Assembly (NCBI GenBank): GCA_016936615.1
Contig: JAFGXN010000167.1
Span: forward strand, 7,641 to 71,640
Direction of reading: 5' to 3'
DNA length: 64,000 nucleotides
Source of the DNA: Spirochaetales bacterium
GTDB lineage: Bacteria; Spirochaetota; Spirochaetia; JAFGXN01
The notes beneath the pieces were generated by a model, which was given only the letters and a program-made list of their open reading frames with translations, ran no database searches and had not been told where the DNA came from. Within the stretch, counting starts at the first letter, position 1. Each line of letters begins with the position of its first letter. The position numbers and the translations under genes are program-made. Positions 1 through 8,906 of the stretch are shown one piece after another.

Positions 1-830
1 TCTAGGAAGGTAGAGACTCTACCTAGGCTCATTGCAGCCCCGTTCTGCTCCTTGATTGCAGCAAGGTAGGCAAAATATAGCCATTGGACAGCTTCCATAG
101 CATTTGTTGCTGGTTGGCTAATGTCAAACCCATATGATTGACCCATCTCTTTTAACATTTTGAGACTATTAATCTGTTCTGAAAGCTCTTCTCTTAGTCT
201 AATTGTATGTTCAGAGATTAGCCCATTGTCGAGAGATGCTTTTTGTCGCATTTTATCTTGAATTAGAAAATCAACTCCGTAAAGTGCTACTCGTCTGTAA
301 TCTCCAATGATTCTTCCTCGACCATAGCCATCTGGAAGTCCAGTTATAATTCCTGCTTTTCTTGCAGCAAGAATTTCAGCGTTGTATGCAGAGAATACAC
401 CATCGTTGTGAGTTTTTCTATATTTGTTAAAAGTCTCTTTTACCTGGTCAGATAACTCATAGCCGTATGCCTGGCATGATTTTTCTACAACCTTGATTCC
501 ACCATATGGCATAATCGCTCGTTTAAGCGGATTATCAGTTTGAAGCCCAACGATAAGCTCTAGCTCTTCATTTATGTACCCTGGTTTGTGAGATGTGATG
601 GTTGAAACTGTTTGAGCATCTATGTCTAGAGTTCCATTTTTGTCTCTTTCCTGCTGAAATAAATCCTTTACATTTCCCCATAATTTTTCTGTTCTTGTGG
701 TTGGTCCTGCAAGAAAAGATTCATCACCCTCATAAGGTGTGTAATTCTCGTTTATAAACATCCTGACATCTACGGAATTTGTCCATTTTGTACCGCAGAA
801 GCCTCTCCAAGCCTTGTCGAAATTAGTCAT
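1..830 (-). CDS. pflB: Formate C-acetyltransferase (pyruvate formate-lyase), N-terminal ~276 codons. The gene continues beyond the window start.
   Basis: Reverse-strand translation from the ATG complement at 828-830 reads MTNFDKAWRGF...YTPYEGDESFLAGPT...GRGRIIGDYRRVALYGVDFLI...QNGAAMSLGRVSTFL. This is near-colinear with the E. coli PflB N-terminus. A GGAGG RBS lies 5 nt upstream. Confidence 0.85.
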   Translation of the reverse strand, partial: MTNFDKAWRGFCGTKWTNSVDVRMFINENYTPYEGDESFLAGPTTRTEKLWGNVKDLFQQERDKNGTLDIDAQTVSTITSHKPGYINEELELIVGLQTDNPLKRAIMPYGGIKVVEKSCQAYGYELSDQVKETFNKYRKTHNDGVFSAYNAEILAARKAGIITGLPDGYGRGRIIGDYRRVALYGVDFLIQDKMRQKASLDNGLISEHTIRLREELSEQINSLKMLKEMGQSYGFDISQPATNAMEAVQWLYFAYLAAIKEQNGAAMSLGRVSTFL

Positions 831-1096
831 AATGCCTCCCAATCTGTTGTAGTTATTATTAGATAAAATATTATCGATATATTGTTAAGATAACAAATTT
901 ATTTCAAATAATAAAGCCTTTTTGCAGAAAAAATAGATAAATTTTTATCTATTTTGTAGAATATTCTATGATGTGGGTTCTTATTACAAGGGAAAAAGTC
1001 TTATCCTTGGTTCTGGTCTGACCACAAGCATCTATGCAGACACATTACAATATTTTATATTGATTGTCTACATTTGATGCTAGCGAAAGACAAATA

Positions 1097-2299
1097 TTAT
1101 TTGATAATTTTTTTTATATCAATTGAAATAAACTTTGTTAGATATTCGTTGTCAAAAGCCTCGTATATAATGCCAATCTCAGTCTCCGAGATCTTAACAA
1201 TCTGGCTGTAACCAAAATAGCTGGGAATTAAAAGCTTTTTGTAGCTCCATGATAATCCGTCATCGTAGGAGATGTAGAGTGTTCCGTTGCTTCTGCCCAG
1301 ATATCCGCCGCTTGATGCGTTTTGTGAGAAAAATGTGATTCCTCTTTTTTCCTTATCCGAATAGCTAAATTTTAGCAGTCCAGAGTTACAAGGTGATCCA
1401 TAGAGTGTTTGGTCGATTGAAAATGGCTCCCAAGTTTCTCCTCCATCTTTGCTACGCGATACTGTTCTATATGGGAATTGGGGACGGCCATTCATATAGA
1501 TCTCTCCCTCGTCTGTCTCACTAATTAATACCTCGTCAGTTTGATACTCAAATTCAAATGGTACAAAATTAGATCTAGTCCAGGTCTCTCCTTTGTCATC
1601 GCTATAGATTACCCCTGTGTAAAACTCTCTTGTGTGGCTGTTCACTCGTTTGTTGTAGAGGGCAGGCATCACTATTCGACCTTTGTGTTTTCCTTTTTTT
1701 AACTCAATTCCATTTGCAGGACTTCCGGAGGTTGTAAAATCGTCGAATCTGATCTTCTTTTCAAGGTATTGTGGTTTAGTCCAATTTTTTCCATCATCAT
1801 CGCTGTACCTATAGATTAGTTGTTGCGTTTTGCCTTTTTCAAATCCTGTGTGCAACATCTTTATCCAGCCATCTTTGCGAGCGTGGTATCCATGGGGAAA
1901 GGTTTCGTAGAAGAGAATTATTCTTCCAGATTCAAGTGCAACAGCTGATGGGTTGACCATTACTAGAGCTTTATCACTGTGGATGATTTCGAGATTGCTC
2001 CATGTCTTGCCATTATCGGAGCTTCGTTTTAGCACGATATCATTTTGAGCATGGTCATGTTTTCGGTATCGACCTTCGCATATTGCGATAAGAGCCGTAT
2101 CAGTCTTGACGATCACAGGTATTCTGAAGTTAGTGTAGTCTCCTTCATTTTCTTTGAAAATTGTGGTAGAAAATTTTATAATATCTTCCTGGATTGTTTC
2201 AGTATTGCTCTCTTTTTGAAGCCTCATAGATTGGAAATTTGTATTTTTTGTAGTTGTGCAACTAGTTAATAGTATTAAAGCTATAATTAAGTATCTCAT
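1097..2299 (-). CDS. Exo-alpha-sialidase (BNR/Asp-box neuraminidase), lipoprotein
   Basis: An FRIP motif (FRIPVIV) is followed by five Asp-box repeats (SSDNGKTWS, SDDDGKNWT, SDDKGETWT, SKDGGETWE, YDDGLSWS). The lipoprotein signal is MRYLIIALILLTSC. The start was moved to the second ATG (2299), which has a GGAGG RBS 5 nt upstream; the ORF track begins at 2311. Confidence 0.7.
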   Translation of the reverse strand: MRYLIIALILLTSCTTTKNTNFQSMRLQKESNTETIQEDIIKFSTTIFKENEGDYTNFRIPVIVKTDTALIAICEGRYRKHDHAQNDIVLKRSSDNGKTWSNLEIIHSDKALVMVNPSAVALESGRIILFYETFPHGYHARKDGWIKMLHTGFEKGKTQQLIYRYSDDDGKNWTKPQYLEKKIRFDDFTTSGSPANGIELKKGKHKGRIVMPALYNKRVNSHTREFYTGVIYSDDKGETWTRSNFVPFEFEYQTDEVLISETDEGEIYMNGRPQFPYRTVSRSKDGGETWEPFSIDQTLYGSPCNSGLLKFSYSDKEKRGITFFSQNASSGGYLGRSNGTLYISYDDGLSWSYKKLLIPSYFGYSQIVKISETEIGIIYEAFDNEYLTKFISIDIKKIIK

Positions 2300-2413
2300 C
2301 TTAACCTCCATTTTAATTTTAAGTTTAAAAGTTGCGAAAAACTATGTTTTTTTTGAAGTAGATATGGTTTATCGTACTAAATTATAAATTAATAGTGAAT
2401 CTTAAATAATTAC

Positions 2414-3550
2414 TTGAAAAAAAATAGATTAAGCTATATTATTATATATCTTAAAAAATTGGTGATTATATTGTTAGCAAGATATTCAGTAGACAAGAAA
2501 GGTCGTAAAAGAAAAGTTGCAGATATTTTTGTAAAAGAAGAGCATAATATCGATAAATCTAAGATTCCTCCTTATGTATTTCAGATTGTAAAGAATTTGA
2601 AGGTTCATGGCTTTGAGGCCTATGTTGTTGGTGGAGCTGTTCGTGATTTATTGCTTGGTGAGGTGCCTAAAGATTATGATATCGTAACTGATGCGACTCC
2701 GGGTAAAATAAAAAAGATTTTTCAAAACTCAAGAATTATTGGTCGTAGGTTTAAATTAGTCCATTTGTACTATAATAAAGATATTGTAGAGGTTTCTACA
2801 TTTCGTTCGAACGAAGCAGATAACTTCTTTAATGTTTATGGTTCGATTGAAGATGATGTGACACGAAGAGATTTTAGTGTTAATGCTCTTTACTATTGCC
2901 CAGAACGTGAATGGGTTATCGATTATGTCGAGGGTGTAAAAGATTTGCGACGCGGTGTTCTCCGTTCCCTCATTGATTTAAATAAGACCTTTAAGCAGGA
3001 TCCTGTCAGGATTATCCGTGCAATCAAGTATTCGCAGATTTCCAATCTGCAAATCTCTAGATCGTTAGCTAAGGCTATTGTTCAGGATTCTTACTTGTTA
3101 GCTTCAGTCTCTCCATCTCGTCTTGTTGAGGAGCTTTATAAAATTTTAAATTCGAAGAAGAGTTCTGAAATATTTAAGCTATTTTTAGATTTCAACATTG
3201 TAGAACATTTTTTACCCAATCTTTTTATCTCGTTAAAATCCAGCGATGACTCGTTACTTGAACAGAAGTTTCTAAAATCGCTTAAAGATTTAGATAGTTC
3301 AGATCAATTTTTTCAGCAGAAAAGATATTATCAAATATGTATGTTTCTTGAAGCTCTGATTATTGAGCCTTACAAGAAGGTTGCTGTAGATGAAATGTAC
3401 AAGAACTATTTTAAGCAGATCAAAAACTTAATCTATCCTTTGACACCTCCTAATGCAGATGTGGAGAAGGCGGTTATTCGAATTATGAAGAACCAAGGTC
3501 TTAACTATGCAAAGAAGAGTAGAGGTCATAGAGGAAAAAAGCAAAATTAA
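2414..3550 (+). CDS. Polynucleotide adenylyltransferase / CCA tRNA nucleotidyltransferase family protein (PcnB-like)
   Basis: The Pol-beta-like nucleotidyltransferase head motif is GGAVRDLLLG-x-PKDYDIVTDATP, followed by RFKLVHL. The C-terminal tail is basic. The exact start is uncertain. Confidence 0.65.
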   Translation: MKKNRLSYIIIYLKKLVIILLARYSVDKKGRKRKVADIFVKEEHNIDKSKIPPYVFQIVKNLKVHGFEAYVVGGAVRDLLLGEVPKDYDIVTDATPGKIKKIFQNSRIIGRRFKLVHLYYNKDIVEVSTFRSNEADNFFNVYGSIEDDVTRRDFSVNALYYCPEREWVIDYVEGVKDLRRGVLRSLIDLNKTFKQDPVRIIRAIKYSQISNLQISRSLAKAIVQDSYLLASVSPSRLVEELYKILNSKKSSEIFKLFLDFNIVEHFLPNLFISLKSSDDSLLEQKFLKSLKDLDSSDQFFQQKRYYQICMFLEALIIEPYKKVAVDEMYKNYFKQIKNLIYPLTPPNADVEKAVIRIMKNQGLNYAKKSRGHRGKKQN

Positions 3551-3556
3551 AAAAAA

Positions 3557-3580
3557 AGACTGCCAATGGCAGTCTTTAGT
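3557..3580. terminator. Bidirectional rho-independent terminator hairpin between convergent genes
   Basis: AGACTGCCA-ATGGCAGTCT is a perfect 9-bp stem flanked by an A-run upstream and a T-rich tract downstream. Confidence 0.5.
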
Positions 3581-4873
3581 TTATTCTTCGACTTGATCAT
3601 CTTGTTGATCTGTAGGCTCTGGCTCTGGTGCTGTTTCTGTTGTTGGAGCCTCTTCTGTTGCTTCAACTTCTACCTGTGTCGAGAAGGTTTTTTCAGTATT
3701 TATAGTCTTTTGTAGTTTTTCAACCTTTGCTCGGAAAGATTCATCTTTTTCAAGTGTAATCTCAAGATAGTCGAGTGCATCTTCAAGGTTCCCACTAGCA
3801 TAGGCGTTTATTGCAAGTGCATAGTAGCAAAGTCCCTCATCTCCGTTCATCTGGAGTGCTGAATTGAAGTAGAATTCTGCCATTGCAAAATCATTTTTGT
3901 TATAGTTTATTAGCCCAAGATAATAATATGGAATAAAGTTATCATCCTTCATCTTTAGCGAATCTACAAATAATCCTTCTGCTTCATCATATTTTCCATT
4001 TCTATACATCTCTATTCCGTCATTAATCAACTCTGGAAATGTTCGCAGACCATTTATATAATTGAAATAATCGCTCTGGAATTTATTTTTATTTATCCAG
4101 TTAAAGGCTTCGACCGTCTTCATGTTATTTTCATCACTTGTTCCAGCTTTTTCTAGTCCGCCGATAGTGTTCCATATCACTCTATTATATTCTGCAGATG
4201 GATAGTTGAGAAGGAATGAGACAAGTGACCAAGATTGTGCATAAAAAAGTTCAGAGTTTTCTTGAACTACTTTGTTGTCAGCTTGAAGTAGAGTAGGCAT
4301 AGGAATTAACTTTTTTTCACTATTTATTGTGTTCTTTAGTGTCTGTAACCATGCAAGATTCTCTTTGTATATGTATTCTCCTCTCTGTGAATCAAATTCT
4401 GATTTCTCGAAGTATACTGCGACCCCTTTCTCTAACCATAGAGGAGGTCTCTGTATTACAGATCTGATATACTGTATACAAGAGTAGTGGAGTAGTGTTT
4501 CATCAAAATTCACTAGCCCTGTCTTGTAGCCTACTAGCTCATTAAGCGCTTGATTTGAAAATTGTATGAATAAAAATGATGAGCTTGTATTCATTTCGTA
4601 TTTGCTTATGTAGCTTTTGAATGACTCTTCTGTGTTAAAAATTTTAACTATGAACTTGTTTGCTGGCCCAGCTTCAGGGTGGAATCTAAAAAAGTTGTTA
4701 TATAGGTTAAAAGAGGCATCTAGCTTCTCAATTATTTCTTCATATTCTGAAATTTCACCTTGAACAAATACTTTGTAATATTCTCCCTCTTGCATGTTGT
4801 CAAATTTTGTTGCAAATGCACTTGTAACTGCAAATAAGGCCAAAACAAAAATTGTTAAACTTCTTTTTATCAT
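3581..4873 (-). CDS. Secreted TPR-repeat protein with an acidic C-terminal tail
   Basis: The signal peptide is MIKRSLTIFVLALFAVTSAFA. TPR-like repeats lie in the C-terminal third (YYYLGLINYNKNDFAMAEFYFNSALQ..., YYALAINAYASGNLEDALDYLE). The tail is Glu/Asp/Thr-rich. Confidence 0.45.
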   Translation of the reverse strand: MIKRSLTIFVLALFAVTSAFATKFDNMQEGEYYKVFVQGEISEYEEIIEKLDASFNLYNNFFRFHPEAGPANKFIVKIFNTEESFKSYISKYEMNTSSSFLFIQFSNQALNELVGYKTGLVNFDETLLHYSCIQYIRSVIQRPPLWLEKGVAVYFEKSEFDSQRGEYIYKENLAWLQTLKNTINSEKKLIPMPTLLQADNKVVQENSELFYAQSWSLVSFLLNYPSAEYNRVIWNTIGGLEKAGTSDENNMKTVEAFNWINKNKFQSDYFNYINGLRTFPELINDGIEMYRNGKYDEAEGLFVDSLKMKDDNFIPYYYLGLINYNKNDFAMAEFYFNSALQMNGDEGLCYYALAINAYASGNLEDALDYLEITLEKDESFRAKVEKLQKTINTEKTFSTQVEVEATEEAPTTETAPEPEPTDQQDDQVEE

Positions 4874-4918
4874 TAGTTTCTCCTTAAGAAATGATTTTCT
4901 TATATATTTACTTTTTTA

Positions 4919-5821
4919 TTATCGGTTGCTTTTTCTTTTTTTTGAAAATATATTTTCTTTTTTCTTGCTCATTTTAAAAACTTCTATATCCACCTTTTCA
5001 ATCATTATTCCTGTGTACCTTTCAATGCTCTCTGTTAAGTAGGTTTGGAATTCATGAAGATCGCCTGAGAGCTGTGCTCCAAACGGGATATCGATAAAAA
5101 GTTTAATGATATAATTTTTTGCTCCTTTTTTTACTGAGACCTTTCTAATTATCATGCTACTGTTGAATTCATCAGCGCAGTGATAGATCATTTGAGCAAG
5201 CGCTGGTTCTGAAATGGTGACCTTTCCGTGTTGCTTGTATTCTGGGGTGACTACAGTCTTCTCTACGAATGTTCTCTTGTTCTTTTTGACAAAGCTATTT
5301 TTTATGAAAATTCTTAATGATTCATATAGAAGAGAAGGGTAGTCGCGTGATATTTCAACTGAAGGAACCGGAATTACATGTTTTCCTTCGGTATGTCTTG
5401 ACCGCATCGCTTTTTTTATCTCTTCTTCGTTTGAAATATCTTCGATTTTGATAATTTTATCTGGTGCTGGCAGATTTAGTCTGTCACATATTTTTGATAT
5501 CATTTTCTCGGAGGTTCCAATAACTAGTATTTTATTGGTTATATTTTTTTCAATAGATTCCTTGACCTCTTTTCTGTGTCTACTATCTTCAAAAAGTGCA
5601 GTCTTAATTGCTCGGATATAATTGAGTTCTTTCTTTGCGGATTTTCCTGCGATAATCTTTTGCCCTTTTATAAGCAACCCATCATCTATGATTAGGTCTA
5701 TACCGTATTTTTGTGCAATCAATTTTGCTCTAAAACTTTTACCTGTCCCACTTTTTCCGACTAGAGCATATACTTTAATACCTTTTATAAACCATGATAG
5801 GTTGTTGAAAAATTTTGCCAT
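4919..5821 (-). CDS. Hypothetical fusion protein: N-terminal HprK-C-like P-loop domain plus C-terminal Asp23/Gls24-like domain
   Basis: The N-terminus (VYALVGKSGTGKSFRAKLIAQKYGIDLIIDD) resembles the HPr kinase C-domain P-loop, G-SG-GKSE-ALEL--RGH-L-ADD. The C-terminus (VTISEPALAQMIYHCADEF...IEKVDIEV) resembles the Asp23 alkaline-shock family. Confidence 0.35.
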   Translation of the reverse strand: MAKFFNNLSWFIKGIKVYALVGKSGTGKSFRAKLIAQKYGIDLIIDDGLLIKGQKIIAGKSAKKELNYIRAIKTALFEDSRHRKEVKESIEKNITNKILVIGTSEKMISKICDRLNLPAPDKIIKIEDISNEEEIKKAMRSRHTEGKHVIPVPSVEISRDYPSLLYESLRIFIKNSFVKKNKRTFVEKTVVTPEYKQHGKVTISEPALAQMIYHCADEFNSSMIIRKVSVKKGAKNYIIKLFIDIPFGAQLSGDLHEFQTYLTESIERYTGIMIEKVDIEVFKMSKKKENIFSKKRKSNR

Positions 5822-5922
5822 ATAGAAAATATATTAGTTTATTGGAAAAAATGGTAGTATTATTTTTATTTTTGAGAAGATTTTTATCAAAAGTTTTTAT
5901 TGTCTATCGTTTTTATAAGAGA

Positions 5923-5952
5923 TTGACAGTATTATATATTTGGTAAATAATA
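5923..5952 (+). promoter_or_regulatory. Candidate sigma70-like promoter for the membrane-protein/rnf operon
   Basis: A TTGACA hexamer at 5923-5928 is followed about 17-19 nt later by AT-rich -10-like hexamers (AATAAT/TAATAT). It lies about 150 nt upstream of the 6082 start. This is sequence inspection only. Confidence 0.25.
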
Positions 5953-6081
5953 TAAATGTGGAGATTTTTTAAGGTCACCATTTTATAAAAAATTTTGTCA
6001 CACAGATAGATAAATATTCTGATTTTTTTTTATCCTATAGTTGACAAAAAAACAAATCATAAGGAAACTGTAGAATACGTT

Positions 6082-7581
6082 ATGTTTGATTTTATTTTTG
6101 CTCAACACAATTATAAGAGAAATTCTATTATATTTATCTCTCTTTTATCATTATTTTCATTATTACTGCTATTGATTCCAACTGAAGATACAAACATGAA
6201 ATTAGTTGGAGATTGTTACTCTGTTATTGGTGATGTCTCTGCGTTTTTAACTAAGAATAATATTCCTCATATCTCGAAAGATAATTATCAGGTTAGTTAC
6301 AACGATTTTTATAAGACCTCTTCTCTTTCTGTTGCTGAATTAGAGCAACGGTTTTTACCTGAGGATCCTCGTTTTGACCCTTATCTACGAGCTTTGCCCC
6401 GACTTTTTTCAGCAACTTCAGGAGATCAAGCTTTGCCAATTTCTTATGTGAAGTATTCTCGCTCTCCTCTTTTTTTGTATTTTAAGTTAAAAAAGATAAT
6501 TCCAAGCCAATACTCGTGGCATATCTACGGGTTTTCAATAACTCAATATTTATTAAACTTTGTAGTGGCTATTGTCGCTTTGTTCTTCTTTTTAAGAATA
6601 GCAACGAAGAAGAATTTTTTTGCATCGATTTTACTAGTTCCTTTATTTATTTCCGCATTTAAGGTTCCTCCATCGCTTTTTTATTTGTATTTGATAAATT
6701 TTCTTTTTATATATTTTTCGTTTTCGAATTTTGCAAAAGAGGTAGAGGCCTATTTTTATTATAGTGTAAAGCGGTCACCTGATTTTTTTTGGAGCATATT
6801 GAAAAATTTGGGGATTTTTTGCTTTTTTTATTTAGTGGTTACTATTTTTCTCAGATTAAAATTCTCCTTTTTTATCTATTCTACAATTTCTTTGCTTCTG
6901 ATTCTTGTCGGGTATCTATTTTTTATAAATTTAAAAATGAATAGGGTGTTGCTTAGCTCTCATATCTCGTTTATGCCTGTCTCTATATTGAGGAGGGGAA
7001 GGATTGATTTTTCTAAAAAATATATTTCACTCGTGGTTCTGTTTTTTCCTCTTGTATTCTTTTTAAATTGGGAATCAAGGTTGGCTGTTCCAGCATATTC
7101 AAGATCATTAGAATCTATCTCTTCGTATGAGAATCTTCAAAAGGCTGAGATTGATAGTTTTCTTCCAAATTCTTCAATGTATTTGATGCATAACTTGTAC
7201 CAACGTAATTTTATTAATGAAATGCCGTGGGTAATGCCTGAGATAAATCAGACATTCACGAAGAATAATTTTAAGTTAGATAATGGTGTGATTAAGGAAA
7301 ATTTAATTAATTATTATGTGTTTACACATTTTGAATATAGCAATATAATTGAACTATTCGAAAAAGATGCTTTATATAAAATGATTGGATACCGACAACG
7401 GCTCTCTAGTGGAGCTTTCGCTAGGAATGTTGTTGTCTCGAAGAATTATCTGCATTTTCTTGCGGTAAATGTGATTTTTCTTATAATCTTCTCTTTTTAT
7501 TGGCTTGTTTTGAATAATTTATTGGGAATATACAAGAGGGTTTTTGTCTTGGGTTATAAGGAGATTGGTCAAAAAATATGA
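6082..7581 (+). CDS. Hypothetical polytopic integral membrane protein (about 10 or more TM segments), translationally coupled to rnfC
   Basis: This 499-aa ORF is extremely F/L/I/Y-rich with many predicted helices. Its stop, TGA at 7579-7581, overlaps the rnfC ATG at 7578-7580 as ATGA. No recognised motif was found. Confidence 0.4.
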   Translation: MFDFIFAQHNYKRNSIIFISLLSLFSLLLLLIPTEDTNMKLVGDCYSVIGDVSAFLTKNNIPHISKDNYQVSYNDFYKTSSLSVAELEQRFLPEDPRFDPYLRALPRLFSATSGDQALPISYVKYSRSPLFLYFKLKKIIPSQYSWHIYGFSITQYLLNFVVAIVALFFFLRIATKKNFFASILLVPLFISAFKVPPSLFYLYLINFLFIYFSFSNFAKEVEAYFYYSVKRSPDFFWSILKNLGIFCFFYLVVTIFLRLKFSFFIYSTISLLLILVGYLFFINLKMNRVLLSSHISFMPVSILRRGRIDFSKKYISLVVLFFPLVFFLNWESRLAVPAYSRSLESISSYENLQKAEIDSFLPNSSMYLMHNLYQRNFINEMPWVMPEINQTFTKNNFKLDNGVIKENLINYYVFTHFEYSNIIELFEKDALYKMIGYRQRLSSGAFARNVVVSKNYLHFLAVNVIFLIIFSFYWLVLNNLLGIYKRVFVLGYKEIGQKI

Positions 7582-8906
7582 TAAAGGTAAAAAGTTTCGG
7601 AAGGGGTGGTGTCCATCCTTCAGGTTACAAGAAATTGGCAAATAGTAAATCAATTAAGAGATTGGTTTATTCTGGCAATTATATTGTACCTATGTCTCAA
7701 CACTTAGGTGCACCTGCTCAATGTTTGGTTAGTGTTGGCGATGAGATTAAGGAGTATCAGTTGATAGGTGAGGCTGCGGGGTTTATCTCTGCAAATGTTC
7801 ATTCACCTGTTACTGGGAAGGTTGTAGGATTGAGGCAAATCAGTTTGCCTAATGGTGCAGTATCGAATGCTGTTGAGATTGAGCCGGATAAAGATTTTAT
7901 AGATAATATGAGTTCTCAGCAGAATGATAATTCTGATTTTAATCTTGATGAGATGCCATCTGAGATTCTTATCGAAAAGATTAAAGCAGCAGGAATTGTC
8001 GGAATGGGTGGTGCTACATTTCCTGCAAATGTAAAATTATCTGTACCAAAAGGTAAAAATTGCACAGATTTAATCATAAATGGGGTTGAGTGTGAGCCGT
8101 TTTTGTGTGCAGACCACAGATTGATGCTGGAAAAAGGTGATCAGATATTTAAAGGTATTGAAATTCTAAAAAAAATCCTTAATCCAGATAATATTTCGAT
8201 TGGTATAGAGAATAATAAAAAAGATGCTATTGCAAATTTTATCAATATAAATGCTGAAAAGGGAGTTGGCTGTAACATTCAGCCACTGAAGGTTAAATAT
8301 CCTCAGGGAGATGAGAAGCAGTTGATAAAGGCTATAATGGGTAAGGAGTTACCTTCTGGAGCTTTGCCGATTGATCTTGGGGCTGTTGTTCTTAATGTCT
8401 CGACTGTCCACGCAATATATGATCTTTTTTACAATGGGAAGGCGCTAGTTGAGCGTGTTGTCACAGTCACCGGTGATGCGATTGCAAATCCTTCTAATTT
8501 TCTTGTCAGGGTTGGTGTTCCATACTCTTTTTTGATTGAGCAGGCTGGTGGGTTTGTGGATGAGGTTAAAAAGATTGTTTCAGGCGGTCCTATGATGGGA
8601 TTTGCTGTGCTAGATACAAGTGTTCCTATAACAAAGGGGTCTGGTGGAATCCTTTGCTTGAGCAAGAGTATTGTCAGAGATAAGCATACTACTAATTGTT
8701 TGAGTTGTGGTCGATGCTTGAATGCTTGCCCGATGGGGTTATCACCTGCAATGCTTTACAAATTAATTGATTCTGGGAAGTATGGTCCTGCCATGAAGAT
8801 GGGGCTTATGGATTGCAAGGAGTGTGGCTGTTGTTCTTATGTCTGTCCTGCTGCAATTCCTTTGGTTCAAGGATTTAAGCTAGGGAAAAGGATGGGTAGA
8901 AAATAA
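7578..8906 (+). CDS. rnfC: Rnf electron transport complex subunit C
   Basis: The N-terminal RnfC/NqrA-like domain is followed by two 4Fe-4S ferredoxin motifs (CLSCGRCLNACP, CKECGCCSYVCP). It is the first gene of the rnfCDGEAB order. Confidence 0.85.
   Translation: MIKVKSFGRGGVHPSGYKKLANSKSIKRLVYSGNYIVPMSQHLGAPAQCLVSVGDEIKEYQLIGEAAGFISANVHSPVTGKVVGLRQISLPNGAVSNAVEIEPDKDFIDNMSSQQNDNSDFNLDEMPSEILIEKIKAAGIVGMGGATFPANVKLSVPKGKNCTDLIINGVECEPFLCADHRLMLEKGDQIFKGIEILKKILNPDNISIGIENNKKDAIANFININAEKGVGCNIQPLKVKYPQGDEKQLIKAIMGKELPSGALPIDLGAVVLNVSTVHAIYDLFYNGKALVERVVTVTGDAIANPSNFLVRVGVPYSFLIEQAGGFVDEVKKIVSGGPMMGFAVLDTSVPITKGSGGILCLSKSIVRDKHTTNCLSCGRCLNACPMGLSPAMLYKLIDSGKYGPAMKMGLMDCKECGCCSYVCPAAIPLVQGFKLGKRMGRK

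Noticed and set aside
2045-2269. Short ORFs of 60-130 aa in the six-frame track that lie antisense to, or nested within, confidently assigned genes. Examples are 2045-2269, 4794-5042, 5622-5825, 8429-8665, 9558-9782, 9969-10253, 12316-12642, 13309-13530, 24055-24339, 40759-41133, 43143-43478, 46089-46340, 52210-52593 and 63161-63574.
   Set aside because: Each is fully overlapped by a longer ORF with clear family motifs. They have low-complexity or biased composition and no RBS, and are typical of AT-rich frame noise.
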